From contig NZ_CP013011.1 in NCBI RefSeq assembly GCF_001412615.1, positions 210,001 to 242,000 of the forward strand: a stretch of 32,000 nt of DNA, read 5' to 3'. A program made the position numbers and the translations under genes. Shown here in pieces: positions 1-7,942 of this stretch; position 1 is the first letter of the stretch, and each line of letters begins with the position of its first letter. Under the pieces are notes generated by a model, which ran no database searches, was not told the origin of the DNA, and saw only the letters and a list, made by a program, of their open reading frames with translations. Source of the DNA: Pyrodictium delaneyi. Lineage in GTDB: Archaea; Thermoproteota; Thermoprotei_A; Sulfolobales; Pyrodictiaceae.

Positions 1-98
1 ACAGCATCCACGAGGGCAAGACTATACCCATTCCCGAGGAGATGAGGAAGAAGCTACTCGATATAGGAGCAGTCGAGAAAAACAGGGAAGGAGGCTAG
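1..98 (+). CDS. 3' end of an unidentified gene entering from the left window edge (last 31 codons)
   Basis: Reading from position 3 gives ...SIHEGKTIPIPEEMRKKLLDIGAVEKNREGG followed by TAG at 96-98. The frame is open to the window edge. It is protein-like but too short to name. Confidence 0.35.
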   Translation, partial: SIHEGKTIPIPEEMRKKLLDIGAVEKNREGG

Positions 99-2479
99 CT
101 CTTCCCCGGCTCCCCTGCTATAACGACTTCCACCGGCTCTATGTAGGGCCTATCCTCCGGCCCCAGCCTGACGATGCCGATAACCGTTACCTTCTCGTCC
201 TTCCCGGGCACCGGGCCCATGATGGCTGCCACGTATATCCTCCTAGTACCGTCGTCGAGGACCCAGTCGCTCCGAGTGACTGGCGGCGGCTCGTCTAGCC
301 CAGTCCAGCGCAGAGACACTCCCCTAACGACTACGGGCTTGCCGCTGTAGCTCTCCGGGTTTGCACGTATATCGCGTACTGTGACCTCTGTGGGCCGGGG
401 CGCGTAGGCTATGGGCTCTAGCGTCTCAGCGTCATATGCCTTTACCCTGGGGTAGCTCTCGGGCGCTACCGTGTACAACGTGTCGCCTATGTATAGGCTC
501 CTCGCCGCGCCCATATGGAGTAGCAGTGCTCTCAGCTCTAGGTCGCCCCTCTCCGTGTCTAGCTTTACTATTGCTACCCCGTTCCTCCTAGCACCGATCT
601 CGGCGATGCCCTCTGGTGTCTCGCGGTACTCCTGGCTCCAGCCCTCTACGGGTATCATTACGTAGCCATGGCGCATGTCGAGGGTGAAGGCGCGGTGGCC
701 CCAGCGCGGGTCTAGCACATGGCTCCAGGCATACCTCCAGTCGCCTCCTATGTACACCCGGTCTAGCACCTTTATCTTAGCGTCCCCCATCACCTTGTAT
801 AGGCTGATGCGCACCTTGGAGTCCTCGCGGCCGACTCCTATCAGCAGCGTGTTGTTGACTGGGTGGAGGTACTCGTCGAAGCCTGGTGCCTCGATGTAGC
901 CTAGGACTCGTGGCTTCCTGGGGTCGGCGAGGTCGATGACGAAGAGAGGGTCTATCTGCCGGAAGGTTACCAGGTATAGCCTGGGGCCTAGAAACCGGGC
1001 AGCGTGCACTCTCTCGTTGAGCACTATCTCGTCTACACGGCCTATCTCGTCAAGGGTCTCGGCATCCAGTATGTAGAGGCCTACCCGCGTCCTCCACTGT
1101 TTATCACTCCAGTCCTGTTCCTCTACAACTATCCTTAGCGTGCCGTTATACTCGTCTATCATCCACTGCTTCCGGGCGATACCGGGTATCACAGTGCTGG
1201 CCTCCGGCTCTAGCCGGGGCCCCGGCTCTACAGAGACCCCTACGAGGAGGCTCTTCGTGCCCCGCGGCTGGGCTTTTTCCATCCTCTCGGCTATCTCCGC
1301 GAGGGTGGCGTTTACGCGGTCTCCTAGGATGGCGTGTAGCTCCTCTATACCGGGCAGTACTAGGTAGAGACTCCCGGTAGCGGACATGTACATGGTGGAG
1401 GGCGGTGCGCCCACTATGGTCAGCGTCGCTGCGCTCCCGGTGTCGAGGCTGAACGCCGCTACTATAGTCTCTATGGGCTCTAGGCTAGCCACTATAGGTG
1501 GCTCTGGCACAGGTATAATCCTGGCGGCCCCAGCGTCGGCTTCCAGTATGACGGGTCTCACGATCATGGAGGCCTCTGTGACCAGTACCAGGGTCTGGTT
1601 GTAGAGGCGTGCGTCGTAGAACCTGCCTGTTATGCTCCGCATCCACCGCAGCTTCATGCTGGTATCGAGGCTTATTACCCATGTGCGGCTCTCTAGCGGC
1701 CAGGGGCTCCGGTACTCATCGGCGATGACCACTAGCCCGTCCTCGGTCATGTAGACGCCTCTAACGACTATATGGTGCTGTACTGGGGCCACGGGCTCGG
1801 TGTACCCGCTACCCGATACGAGTACGAGATTCTCGTCGCCGACAATCTCGAGTACTGCTTTGCGTATGTCGTAGACAGCGGCTAGGCTGAGGCTCCCGGC
1901 AGGGTAGGCCCGGTATAGCTCAACGACGTCCCTGTGCAGCACGGCTATGTGTGTCCTGTTGGTCTTCACTACGTCTGGTTCATCGATGCCGGCTACCTGG
2001 ATGTTAGTAGTGCTGTACTCTGGGGCTGCCCTGGCCTCAGCTGGCGCTGTGGAGGGCATAGGTGTAACAGCAGTAACTGTGGCTGTTAGTGGGCGTACGA
2101 GAGTCTCTACGACAGTAGTTTCGAAAACTCCTGGAGTCATGTAGAAGGCTGAGCCGCCCATCGCCCTGTAGATCGATGAAAGGGTCTCGAGGCTCTCCCA
2201 GGACGCCCTATAGCCGTAGCTAGTCCAGACAAGCTCTAAGGTCGCGTTGGAGGGCTCTGGAGCGCCGGTGGCGGGAGCCTCTACACCAGTCCAGGTGACC
2301 GGAGGCTGGACCCCCGTAGCTGTCTCGGCAGTCTCCGTCTCTACACTTTCCGGAGGCTCTGGGCCAGGCGGTTCAGATTTAAACATGCTAACGGCTAGGC
2401 CTAGGGCGTAGCCGGCGGTGAAACCAGCCAACGCTACGAGCAGGACCAGAACCACTACTCTATCTCGACTAGTCCACAT
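95..2479 (-). CDS. Membrane-anchored/secreted beta-propeller domain protein (Pfam Beta_propel PF09826 / COG4880-like) with a C-terminal OB-like module
   Basis: 794-aa ORF with an N-terminal TM helix (VVVLVLLVALAGFTAGYALGLAV). The block FRQIDPLFVIDLADPRKPRVLGYIEAPGFDEYLHP matches my memory of the signature of secreted beta-propeller proteins. The C-terminal ~100 aa (KPVVVRGVSLRW...VTVIGIVRLG) look like a small beta-barrel module. The family call is from memory, not searched. Confidence 0.85.
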   Translation of the reverse strand: MWTSRDRVVVLVLLVALAGFTAGYALGLAVSMFKSEPPGPEPPESVETETAETATGVQPPVTWTGVEAPATGAPEPSNATLELVWTSYGYRASWESLETLSSIYRAMGGSAFYMTPGVFETTVVETLVRPLTATVTAVTPMPSTAPAEARAAPEYSTTNIQVAGIDEPDVVKTNRTHIAVLHRDVVELYRAYPAGSLSLAAVYDIRKAVLEIVGDENLVLVSGSGYTEPVAPVQHHIVVRGVYMTEDGLVVIADEYRSPWPLESRTWVISLDTSMKLRWMRSITGRFYDARLYNQTLVLVTEASMIVRPVILEADAGAARIIPVPEPPIVASLEPIETIVAAFSLDTGSAATLTIVGAPPSTMYMSATGSLYLVLPGIEELHAILGDRVNATLAEIAERMEKAQPRGTKSLLVGVSVEPGPRLEPEASTVIPGIARKQWMIDEYNGTLRIVVEEQDWSDKQWRTRVGLYILDAETLDEIGRVDEIVLNERVHAARFLGPRLYLVTFRQIDPLFVIDLADPRKPRVLGYIEAPGFDEYLHPVNNTLLIGVGREDSKVRISLYKVMGDAKIKVLDRVYIGGDWRYAWSHVLDPRWGHRAFTLDMRHGYVMIPVEGWSQEYRETPEGIAEIGARRNGVAIVKLDTERGDLELRALLLHMGAARSLYIGDTLYTVAPESYPRVKAYDAETLEPIAYAPRPTEVTVRDIRANPESYSGKPVVVRGVSLRWTGLDEPPPVTRSDWVLDDGTRRIYVAAIMGPVPGKDEKVTVIGIVRLGPEDRPYIEPVEVVIAGEPGKS

Positions 2480-3061
2480 GTCTTGTCCTCACCTTGTAGA
2501 AAAGAAGCGGAGGCTACTCTAGTGTAGAGCTAAAGCCCCACGTCTACTACTCCGAAGACTCCAGCCTAATATCGGGGGTGTATCTCTGGTAGCCATCAGG
2601 GAGCGGGGTTTAGGCAGGGTCAGGTAGATATGCAGTGGAGTCTCGAGTACCTTGAGGCTACCACGATTCTATAATATCTTGGCATGGGATGGGCTAAGTG
2701 TCTTAGGTCTCGCCGGAACATCATCATAACCTAATCCATTACATTTCCTCCTGGTGGCAATCAATCGTCAATGACAACATTTACAGTCGCCTCCACCTTA
2801 TCAATTCGTAGAGGTCTGCACGGTGTGGAATGCGGCCATGATGTTGAGTCAATGAGTAGCCTCGGAGCTGGGCTTTTTCTAAGTCATGGATTATGATGGT
2901 GTTGTGACAGAATTTAATTTACAATAGTGAACTATAGCTTAGCGTGCTTGAATTTGGTGTTTAAATTCACCAGGATCTATCTCTGATGACAGCTGTCGAT
3001 GTTGCGTTACCTAGAAGTTTCCCAGCTCCAACGGTACTGATTCATAACTGATAGAGAACAG

Positions 3062-3116
3062 CCTTATAGTCCTAGCTCCTAGCAATACTGCTACCTTGTG
3101 TGGAGGCAGGGTGAGC
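3062..3116 (+). promoter_or_regulatory. Candidate promoter and 5' leader of the glycoprotein gene (TATA-like CCTTATAG, SD-like GGAGG / GGTGA)
   Basis: CCTTATAG lies at 3062-3069, about 50 nt upstream of ATG 3117. GGAGG is at 3102-3106 and GGTGA at 3110-3114. All of this sits at the end of a 616-bp AT-rich non-coding stretch (2480-3095). Confidence 0.3.
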
Positions 3117-5621
3117 ATGATGACGCGGGCTAGAGGGCTTCTAATCCTTGCTCTACTACTGGTTGCTACGTCGACAATAGCAGCAAGGGCAGCAGAAGTA
3201 GCAGTGGTAGATAGTGAGCCTCAGCCACCACAGCTCTTCAACGCGACATCGGTCTACAATGATTCTAGCGAGTTCGACGGCTATGCAGACATGGCGCTAG
3301 TCGTAGTAAACAAGACTTCTACCGGGGTTGATCTGATACTGGAGCTCAGTCAGCCACTACCCGATCCGGCGACCGAAACCGACCCTATAACCCGGCGTAT
3401 TGACGTTCCGGTTATACTCGGGCCTAAACCACCTATAGATGCGGATGCACAATCCTATGGCGTGACTATTTACTGTACAATAGAGTCGTCTCCGTCAGGG
3501 ACGACAAATACTAGCAGCCTTCCCGACACAGCTACTTGTCTGCTAGATACAAGCCGCGGAAAGATAGTAATCGGCATAAACATGTCGTCACCCGTGATTC
3601 CAACAGGAAACTTCTACATAACCATAGCTCCATGGGTAAATATAACGGTTATAGATGCCGTAGATAATGCAACGAATCTAGCAATAGATCCTCTTAACTC
3701 GACAACAGTAACAATAACCGTGGATGGTGATCCTTCGGATTGGAACGCTGTAGCTGGTTCACCTAACCTAATCTCTGTCGCGGACGCGGATTCTGTCAAT
3801 GAATACGACTTTGCTGATGTTGTAAACACGTCATATATAGCAATACTCCCGGGTAGCGGCTACTATACACTCTACGCTCTGGTAGAGTTGAATGGTACAT
3901 TGGGCGCGCCTTATGCGGTACCACCATATATTATGCTTTACATCAATGCATCCTATAGCTATAATAATGGAACGATAACAGGTGTTGAACCGCTCATACT
4001 TAGACTCGATAAGGACAACCTATGGATATACAATGCCTCTATGAGTCTAGTGCTAGGTCCTATTGCTAATGGTACTAGCTATTACAATATTAGTATGTCC
4101 GGTAAGTACATAGAGACCGGCGTCTATGAGCAGGCAATAGATGACGCCCTACGCGCCATCCTAAATCTAACGTCAACTGATACCCTAGATTCGTTGAACC
4201 TTACAATAACGGGGACCGAGATAGTTACGCTAATCAATGATAACCCCCTAGGTGCTGAGCTTAGGCCCGATCTACAGCCGGTATACATAGCTATAGCCCG
4301 TAGCCCAGAGAGCGGTGAAAGCTACTTTGTGAAGCCAGTGACCGAGTACTATAATGTCTGTATAGCAGCTGGCGACAGCTACCAGGTGAGCGGCGCAGTT
4401 ACGAACATATCACTGGTAAACACTGATACCACTAACGCGTGTATCTCAATCCTACTCTACAATACCAGCCCACTAGGCCTCGAGGAGCTAGGTATACCAG
4501 GCATAACGTTCAACGAGTTCTACTACATCTCGAACACTGGCGGCTCCAACCTATCTGTAATCCTCGACATAGCTAATACGACAGCCGCGCTCGAGGAACT
4601 AGCATGGCTCGGCCTAGGCCTGGACGCAATCAAAGCAGTACTCCTGCCGCTCAACGAGACCTACGCCGGCTATATCAACATGGATACAGCATCAACTGTT
4701 AACATGTCCACCTGGGTATTCGCCCACACCCCTGTAGCAGTGGTACGACCGAGCTTTACCACATCTACAGTAGTAAAGGGTAATATCGCGAGGCATGTGT
4801 ACACAGTCGAGAACCTTGACTACCTCTATCCTGTGTCCATAAGTATAGCTGCACCAGCAGACTATACTCTAAACGCTTCATTGCTAAACCTAGACTCTAT
4901 GGGGCAACCAGGGTCGCTGGCCTCCATAGAGGCTAGTATCGATACGAGTATACTAAGCCCAGGCTACTACGAGGCGCTCATAAACTTCACCGACACGGGC
5001 AGCGGTGCTACTGGCAGTGCTCGGATGATTACAATAGTCGCCCCAGAGACGGCTACCGTAGTCTCATCATTGATTAGCGGCACTGGGACTATACTAGTGC
5101 CAGATATAGATGCCTCACTTGACGTAAACTCCACCGATACCGTGAATGTGACCGTGATAACACTCAATACCACAGCCGAGGCCCTTCCCGGAAAGCCGAG
5201 AGCCAAGCTCATAGCGGAGAAGTCGTTCGACGTAATAGTGGACAACACAACGGCGATAAACACTATACTCGTCAAGGTACGCTATACTGACAGCGATGTA
5301 CAACGCTGGGGCGTCTACGAGGTCACTCTACGCCTCTATCGATGGGACCCAGTAGCCAAGAAGTGGATCAGGCTGAAAACAACTGGCGTAGACGTAGTGA
5401 ACAATGTGATATGGGCTGAGGTTCAGCCAGACGAGCTAGTAGGTGCTCCCATCGCCCCTGCTGGTAGCCCAGCGCAACTCGTAGGCGGTGAGCTAGAGCT
5501 ACCAGCAATGCCCACCGGCTCTAATGGTGGTATAAAGCCGGCTGTATTGCTGGCAGCCGGCTTTGCTGTAGTAGCTGCTATAGTGATGATGCGCCGGCAT
5601 ATGCGTCTAGGATTATCCTAG
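3117..5621 (+). CDS. Secreted, sequon-rich surface glycoprotein with a C-terminal membrane anchor (S-layer / envelope protein candidate)
   Basis: The ORF track gives 3096..5621 with a TTG start. I prefer in-frame ATG 3117, because MMTRARGLLILALLLVATSTIAARAAE has a signal-peptide-like basic/hydrophobic/AxA layout. I hand-counted 29 N-X-S/T sequons. The protein is T/S/N/I/V-rich. The extreme C-terminus, PAVLLAAGFAVVAAIVMM + RRHMRLGLS, is a TM helix plus basic tail. GC is clearly lower than in flanking genes. I recognised no specific family. Confidence 0.85.
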   Translation: MMTRARGLLILALLLVATSTIAARAAEVAVVDSEPQPPQLFNATSVYNDSSEFDGYADMALVVVNKTSTGVDLILELSQPLPDPATETDPITRRIDVPVILGPKPPIDADAQSYGVTIYCTIESSPSGTTNTSSLPDTATCLLDTSRGKIVIGINMSSPVIPTGNFYITIAPWVNITVIDAVDNATNLAIDPLNSTTVTITVDGDPSDWNAVAGSPNLISVADADSVNEYDFADVVNTSYIAILPGSGYYTLYALVELNGTLGAPYAVPPYIMLYINASYSYNNGTITGVEPLILRLDKDNLWIYNASMSLVLGPIANGTSYYNISMSGKYIETGVYEQAIDDALRAILNLTSTDTLDSLNLTITGTEIVTLINDNPLGAELRPDLQPVYIAIARSPESGESYFVKPVTEYYNVCIAAGDSYQVSGAVTNISLVNTDTTNACISILLYNTSPLGLEELGIPGITFNEFYYISNTGGSNLSVILDIANTTAALEELAWLGLGLDAIKAVLLPLNETYAGYINMDTASTVNMSTWVFAHTPVAVVRPSFTTSTVVKGNIARHVYTVENLDYLYPVSISIAAPADYTLNASLLNLDSMGQPGSLASIEASIDTSILSPGYYEALINFTDTGSGATGSARMITIVAPETATVVSSLISGTGTILVPDIDASLDVNSTDTVNVTVITLNTTAEALPGKPRAKLIAEKSFDVIVDNTTAINTILVKVRYTDSDVQRWGVYEVTLRLYRWDPVAKKWIRLKTTGVDVVNNVIWAEVQPDELVGAPIAPAGSPAQLVGGELELPAMPTGSNGGIKPAVLLAAGFAVVAAIVMMRRHMRLGLS

Positions 5622-5685
5622 CTATTTTTCCACGTCTAGGCCCTTGTACAACTCCTCGAACGTTGTCCCATCTTCTCAGCCTCGT

Positions 5686-6513
5686 ATGCTCTGGGAGTGT
5701 CTCGGCTCGATGCTGTATGGGGCTCTGAGAGCGTTGTCTAGAAGGACGTCCAGGAATGTTAGACGGGTGGTATTGCTAACAGCTATTGTACTTGCGCTCA
5801 TAGTAGCGGCAGGTGCTAGTAGGTGGGGTATCAGCGATACCCGGGGGGATTGTCCGCGTGGCCGGGCGCTGGTTGCAGATGCACTCAGTCTGGACTTCCC
5901 TAACCCGGAGCTGGACAGGTTCCTGGTAGAGACCCTCAAGAAAGCGGGCTACATCGTGGACTACGTGAACGGCACCGGGGTTGACCTGGAGCTCTACCGC
6001 CGGCTCACAGACTACGACGTGGTTATCCTAAGGGTGCACGGGGGGAAGGGCGAGGTAAGGCTCCCCGACGGAAGGGTGGCAGTGGTCAACGGGCTGTTTA
6101 CCGGCCTACCCTGGGATGACCGGTACCAGGAGCTTATGTGGAAATGGCTCGCGGCCAAGGCCACCCCGTATCATGATCCAAGCAGGGCATACCTCGCTGT
6201 GCTCCCCGGCTTCTTCACAAGGGAGATGAGGGGCAGGTTCTGCCCCGGGAGCGTCGTGGTTGTGGGGAGCTGCTTTAGCCTCTACACCTACGAGATACCG
6301 GTAGCCCTGGCGCAGCTGGGCCTAGGAGTCTACATCGGCTGGACCGGGCCGGTCACCGTCCAGGAGATAGACGTGGGTCTACGCATGCTGGTAGACCTAG
6401 TCTACAACCAGGGACTCAACTGGACAGAAGCCGCCATAGAGGTCGGCAAGAGGCTCGGCACCAACGAGTACAACAGCACACTCTATGCCGTGATACTCAG
6501 CCGCCAGAGCTAG
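5686..6513 (+). CDS. Membrane-anchored hypothetical protein with His/Cys blocks reminiscent of clan CD cysteine peptidases
   Basis: The ORF track gives 5644..6513 with a TTG start. In-frame ATGs at 5686 and 5710 are alternatives. There is one N-terminal TM helix (VVLLTAIVLALIVAAGA). Two hydrophobic-block motifs are present: DVVILRVHGG and GSVVVVGSCFS. It begins 22-65 nt after the glycoprotein stop on the same strand. Confidence 0.7.
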   Translation: MLWECLGSMLYGALRALSRRTSRNVRRVVLLTAIVLALIVAAGASRWGISDTRGDCPRGRALVADALSLDFPNPELDRFLVETLKKAGYIVDYVNGTGVDLELYRRLTDYDVVILRVHGGKGEVRLPDGRVAVVNGLFTGLPWDDRYQELMWKWLAAKATPYHDPSRAYLAVLPGFFTREMRGRFCPGSVVVVGSCFSLYTYEIPVALAQLGLGVYIGWTGPVTVQEIDVGLRMLVDLVYNQGLNWTEAAIEVGKRLGTNEYNSTLYAVILSRQS

Positions 6514-6572
6514 AAGTCCCGAAGACTTCTCAATGCTATGATATTTTAGGCAGGGGATGTAGCAAATCCCCT
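6512..6572 (+). terminator. Two perfect 7-bp hairpins directly after the 5686..6513 gene (terminator-like)
   Basis: The first hairpin is AGAAGTC (6512-6518), loop ccgaa, GACTTCT (6524-6530), and overlaps the TAG stop. The second is AGGGGAT (6552-6558), loop gtagcaa, ATCCCCT (6566-6572). T-rich tracts (atatttta) lie between them. Archaeal termination mainly uses oligo-T, so function is uncertain. Confidence 0.3.
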
Positions 6573-6689
6573 CATCAAGCCATGGACTATTGTATACGGA
6601 AAGCATATGGTACACTTTTTAAGGGGTAGCAAGGCCCTTGCCATCATCATAGCGCTACTGCGCAATACATGCTAGAATGGTGATTATGT

Positions 6690-7571
6690 ATGCCGAGGCT
6701 CAGCCGCCGGGGCAGACTCATACTAGTCTTCGCTACCGTTGCTGTATTGTCCGTGTTAGTGGCTCTCCCCTGGTACATAGCGTATAGCAGCCTCCACCCT
6801 GATACATGTAGGCCTAGCGTCACGCCGGGCGACCTCGGGCTAGGCTACGAGGGCTTCGCAGTCAATACTAGCGATGGGGTGACGATCCGGGGCTGGGTGA
6901 TCGAGCCCAGGGCCAGGGGCGATACCGTGTTCATACTGATGCATGGCTATACGTCATGCCGTTCTGCACCCTACATCCTCGACCTGGCAGAGGCTCTGGC
7001 CAGGAGGGGCTACCCGGTGGTCGTCTTCGACTTCCGGGGCCACGGGGAGAGCAGCGGCTCGACGACCATCGGGCCCAGGGAGGTGCTTGACGCGGAGGCC
7101 GTAGTGGGATATGCTGCCGAGCGGTTCCCGGGGCGGAGGATAGTGCTAGTTGGCTTCAGCATGGGTGGCGCTGTCGCTATAGTCGAGGGCGCGGGGGATC
7201 CCCGTGTCTATGCGGTGGCGGCTGACAGCCCCTACTACAGGCTCGCGGACGTTGTGCCCCGGTGGCTAGAGTATAAGACTCCGCTACCGGGCTGGATGGG
7301 CGTACTCGCCGGCTTTTACGGCCAGCTCATGGCCGGCGTTGACCTGGACTTCGGCCCGGCAATGGTGGAGCGTGTTGATAAGCCACTTATGGTTGTTTAT
7401 GGGACTCAAGACCCCCTAGTCACCCCCGAGGAGATGCGGGAAATAGCCTCCAAGAGTCCTTGCAGTATACTAGTCGGCGTGCCGGGCGCGGGCCACGTGG
7501 AGGCTGTCGAAAAGCTGGGCCCAGAGCGGTACGCGGAGATGCTTGTAGATCTCGCGCATAGGAGCTGCTAG
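6690..7571 (+). CDS. Membrane-anchored alpha/beta-fold serine hydrolase
   Basis: N-terminal TM helix (LILVFATVAVLSVLVALPWYIA). HG oxyanion region (ILMHGYTS). GxSxG nucleophile elbow (GFSMGG). Late Asp (GTQDPLV) and His (GAGHVEA). GGTGA at 6679-6683 lies 6 nt before the ATG. Confidence 0.85.
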   Translation: MPRLSRRGRLILVFATVAVLSVLVALPWYIAYSSLHPDTCRPSVTPGDLGLGYEGFAVNTSDGVTIRGWVIEPRARGDTVFILMHGYTSCRSAPYILDLAEALARRGYPVVVFDFRGHGESSGSTTIGPREVLDAEAVVGYAAERFPGRRIVLVGFSMGGAVAIVEGAGDPRVYAVAADSPYYRLADVVPRWLEYKTPLPGWMGVLAGFYGQLMAGVDLDFGPAMVERVDKPLMVVYGTQDPLVTPEEMREIASKSPCSILVGVPGAGHVEAVEKLGPERYAEMLVDLAHRSC

Positions 7572-7589
7572 GCTGGAGGCGGTTCCGTC

Positions 7590-7838
7590 TTGGTGTACAC
7601 GCGTGCGCTAGAGGAGGCCTACACAATGGCCCGGGGCGTAGAGCTGTCCTGCGGCAGAGTAGCAGAGCTAGAAGAGGCGCTAAGGGTTATCGAGGAGCTG
7701 ATGGAGCGGGGCGGTGGCGCCGAGGAGCTAGAGTATGCTGGAGCACTGCTAAGACAAGCTGGGGACGTGCTCCGGCTAAGAGGCTGCCTCGACTGGCACC
7801 TCCTAGTCCAAGCTGCGGACATCGTAGAGCATGCTTAA
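7590..7838 (+). CDS. Small hypothetical helical protein
   Basis: 82-aa ORF with a TTG start; ATG at 7626 is an alternative. E/L/A/R-rich and helical-looking, with no recognisable motif. It follows the hydrolase gene on the same strand. Confidence 0.35.
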   Translation: MVYTRALEEAYTMARGVELSCGRVAELEEALRVIEELMERGGGAEELEYAGALLRQAGDVLRLRGCLDWHLLVQAADIVEHA

Positions 7839-7942
7839 TCTGGAGATTGGCGACGATATGAAATATTCTTGATCAGCTATATAATGTGTCTAATGCTATA
7901 CAAGTAATATTCAACTCCAGATTTGGCAAGATCAGAGCAGTA

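Noticed and set aside
2910-2968. 8-bp inverted repeat GAATTTAA / TTAAATTC in the AT-rich leader, considered as MITE-like termini
   Set aside because: It is a short, AT-only repeat in AT-rich DNA. There are no target-site duplications, no second copy in the window and no transposase.
2719-3051. C/D-box sRNA candidates: CTGATGA at 2984-2990 (+) with CTGA at ~3036 and ~3048, and ATGATGA on the minus strand at 2724-2733
   Set aside because: No D' box or C' box lies at the canonical ~12-nt guide spacing. There is no terminal stem, and for the minus-strand candidate no CTGA lies within ~60 nt. A similar GATGATGA on the minus strand at 27606-27615 fails the same test.
3614-5303. Antisense ORFs within the glycoprotein gene (3614..3829, 4967..5275, 5115..5303)
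   Set aside because: They are short, wholly inside an 834-aa ORF with coherent signal peptide, sequon pattern and anchor, and they have no independent signals.
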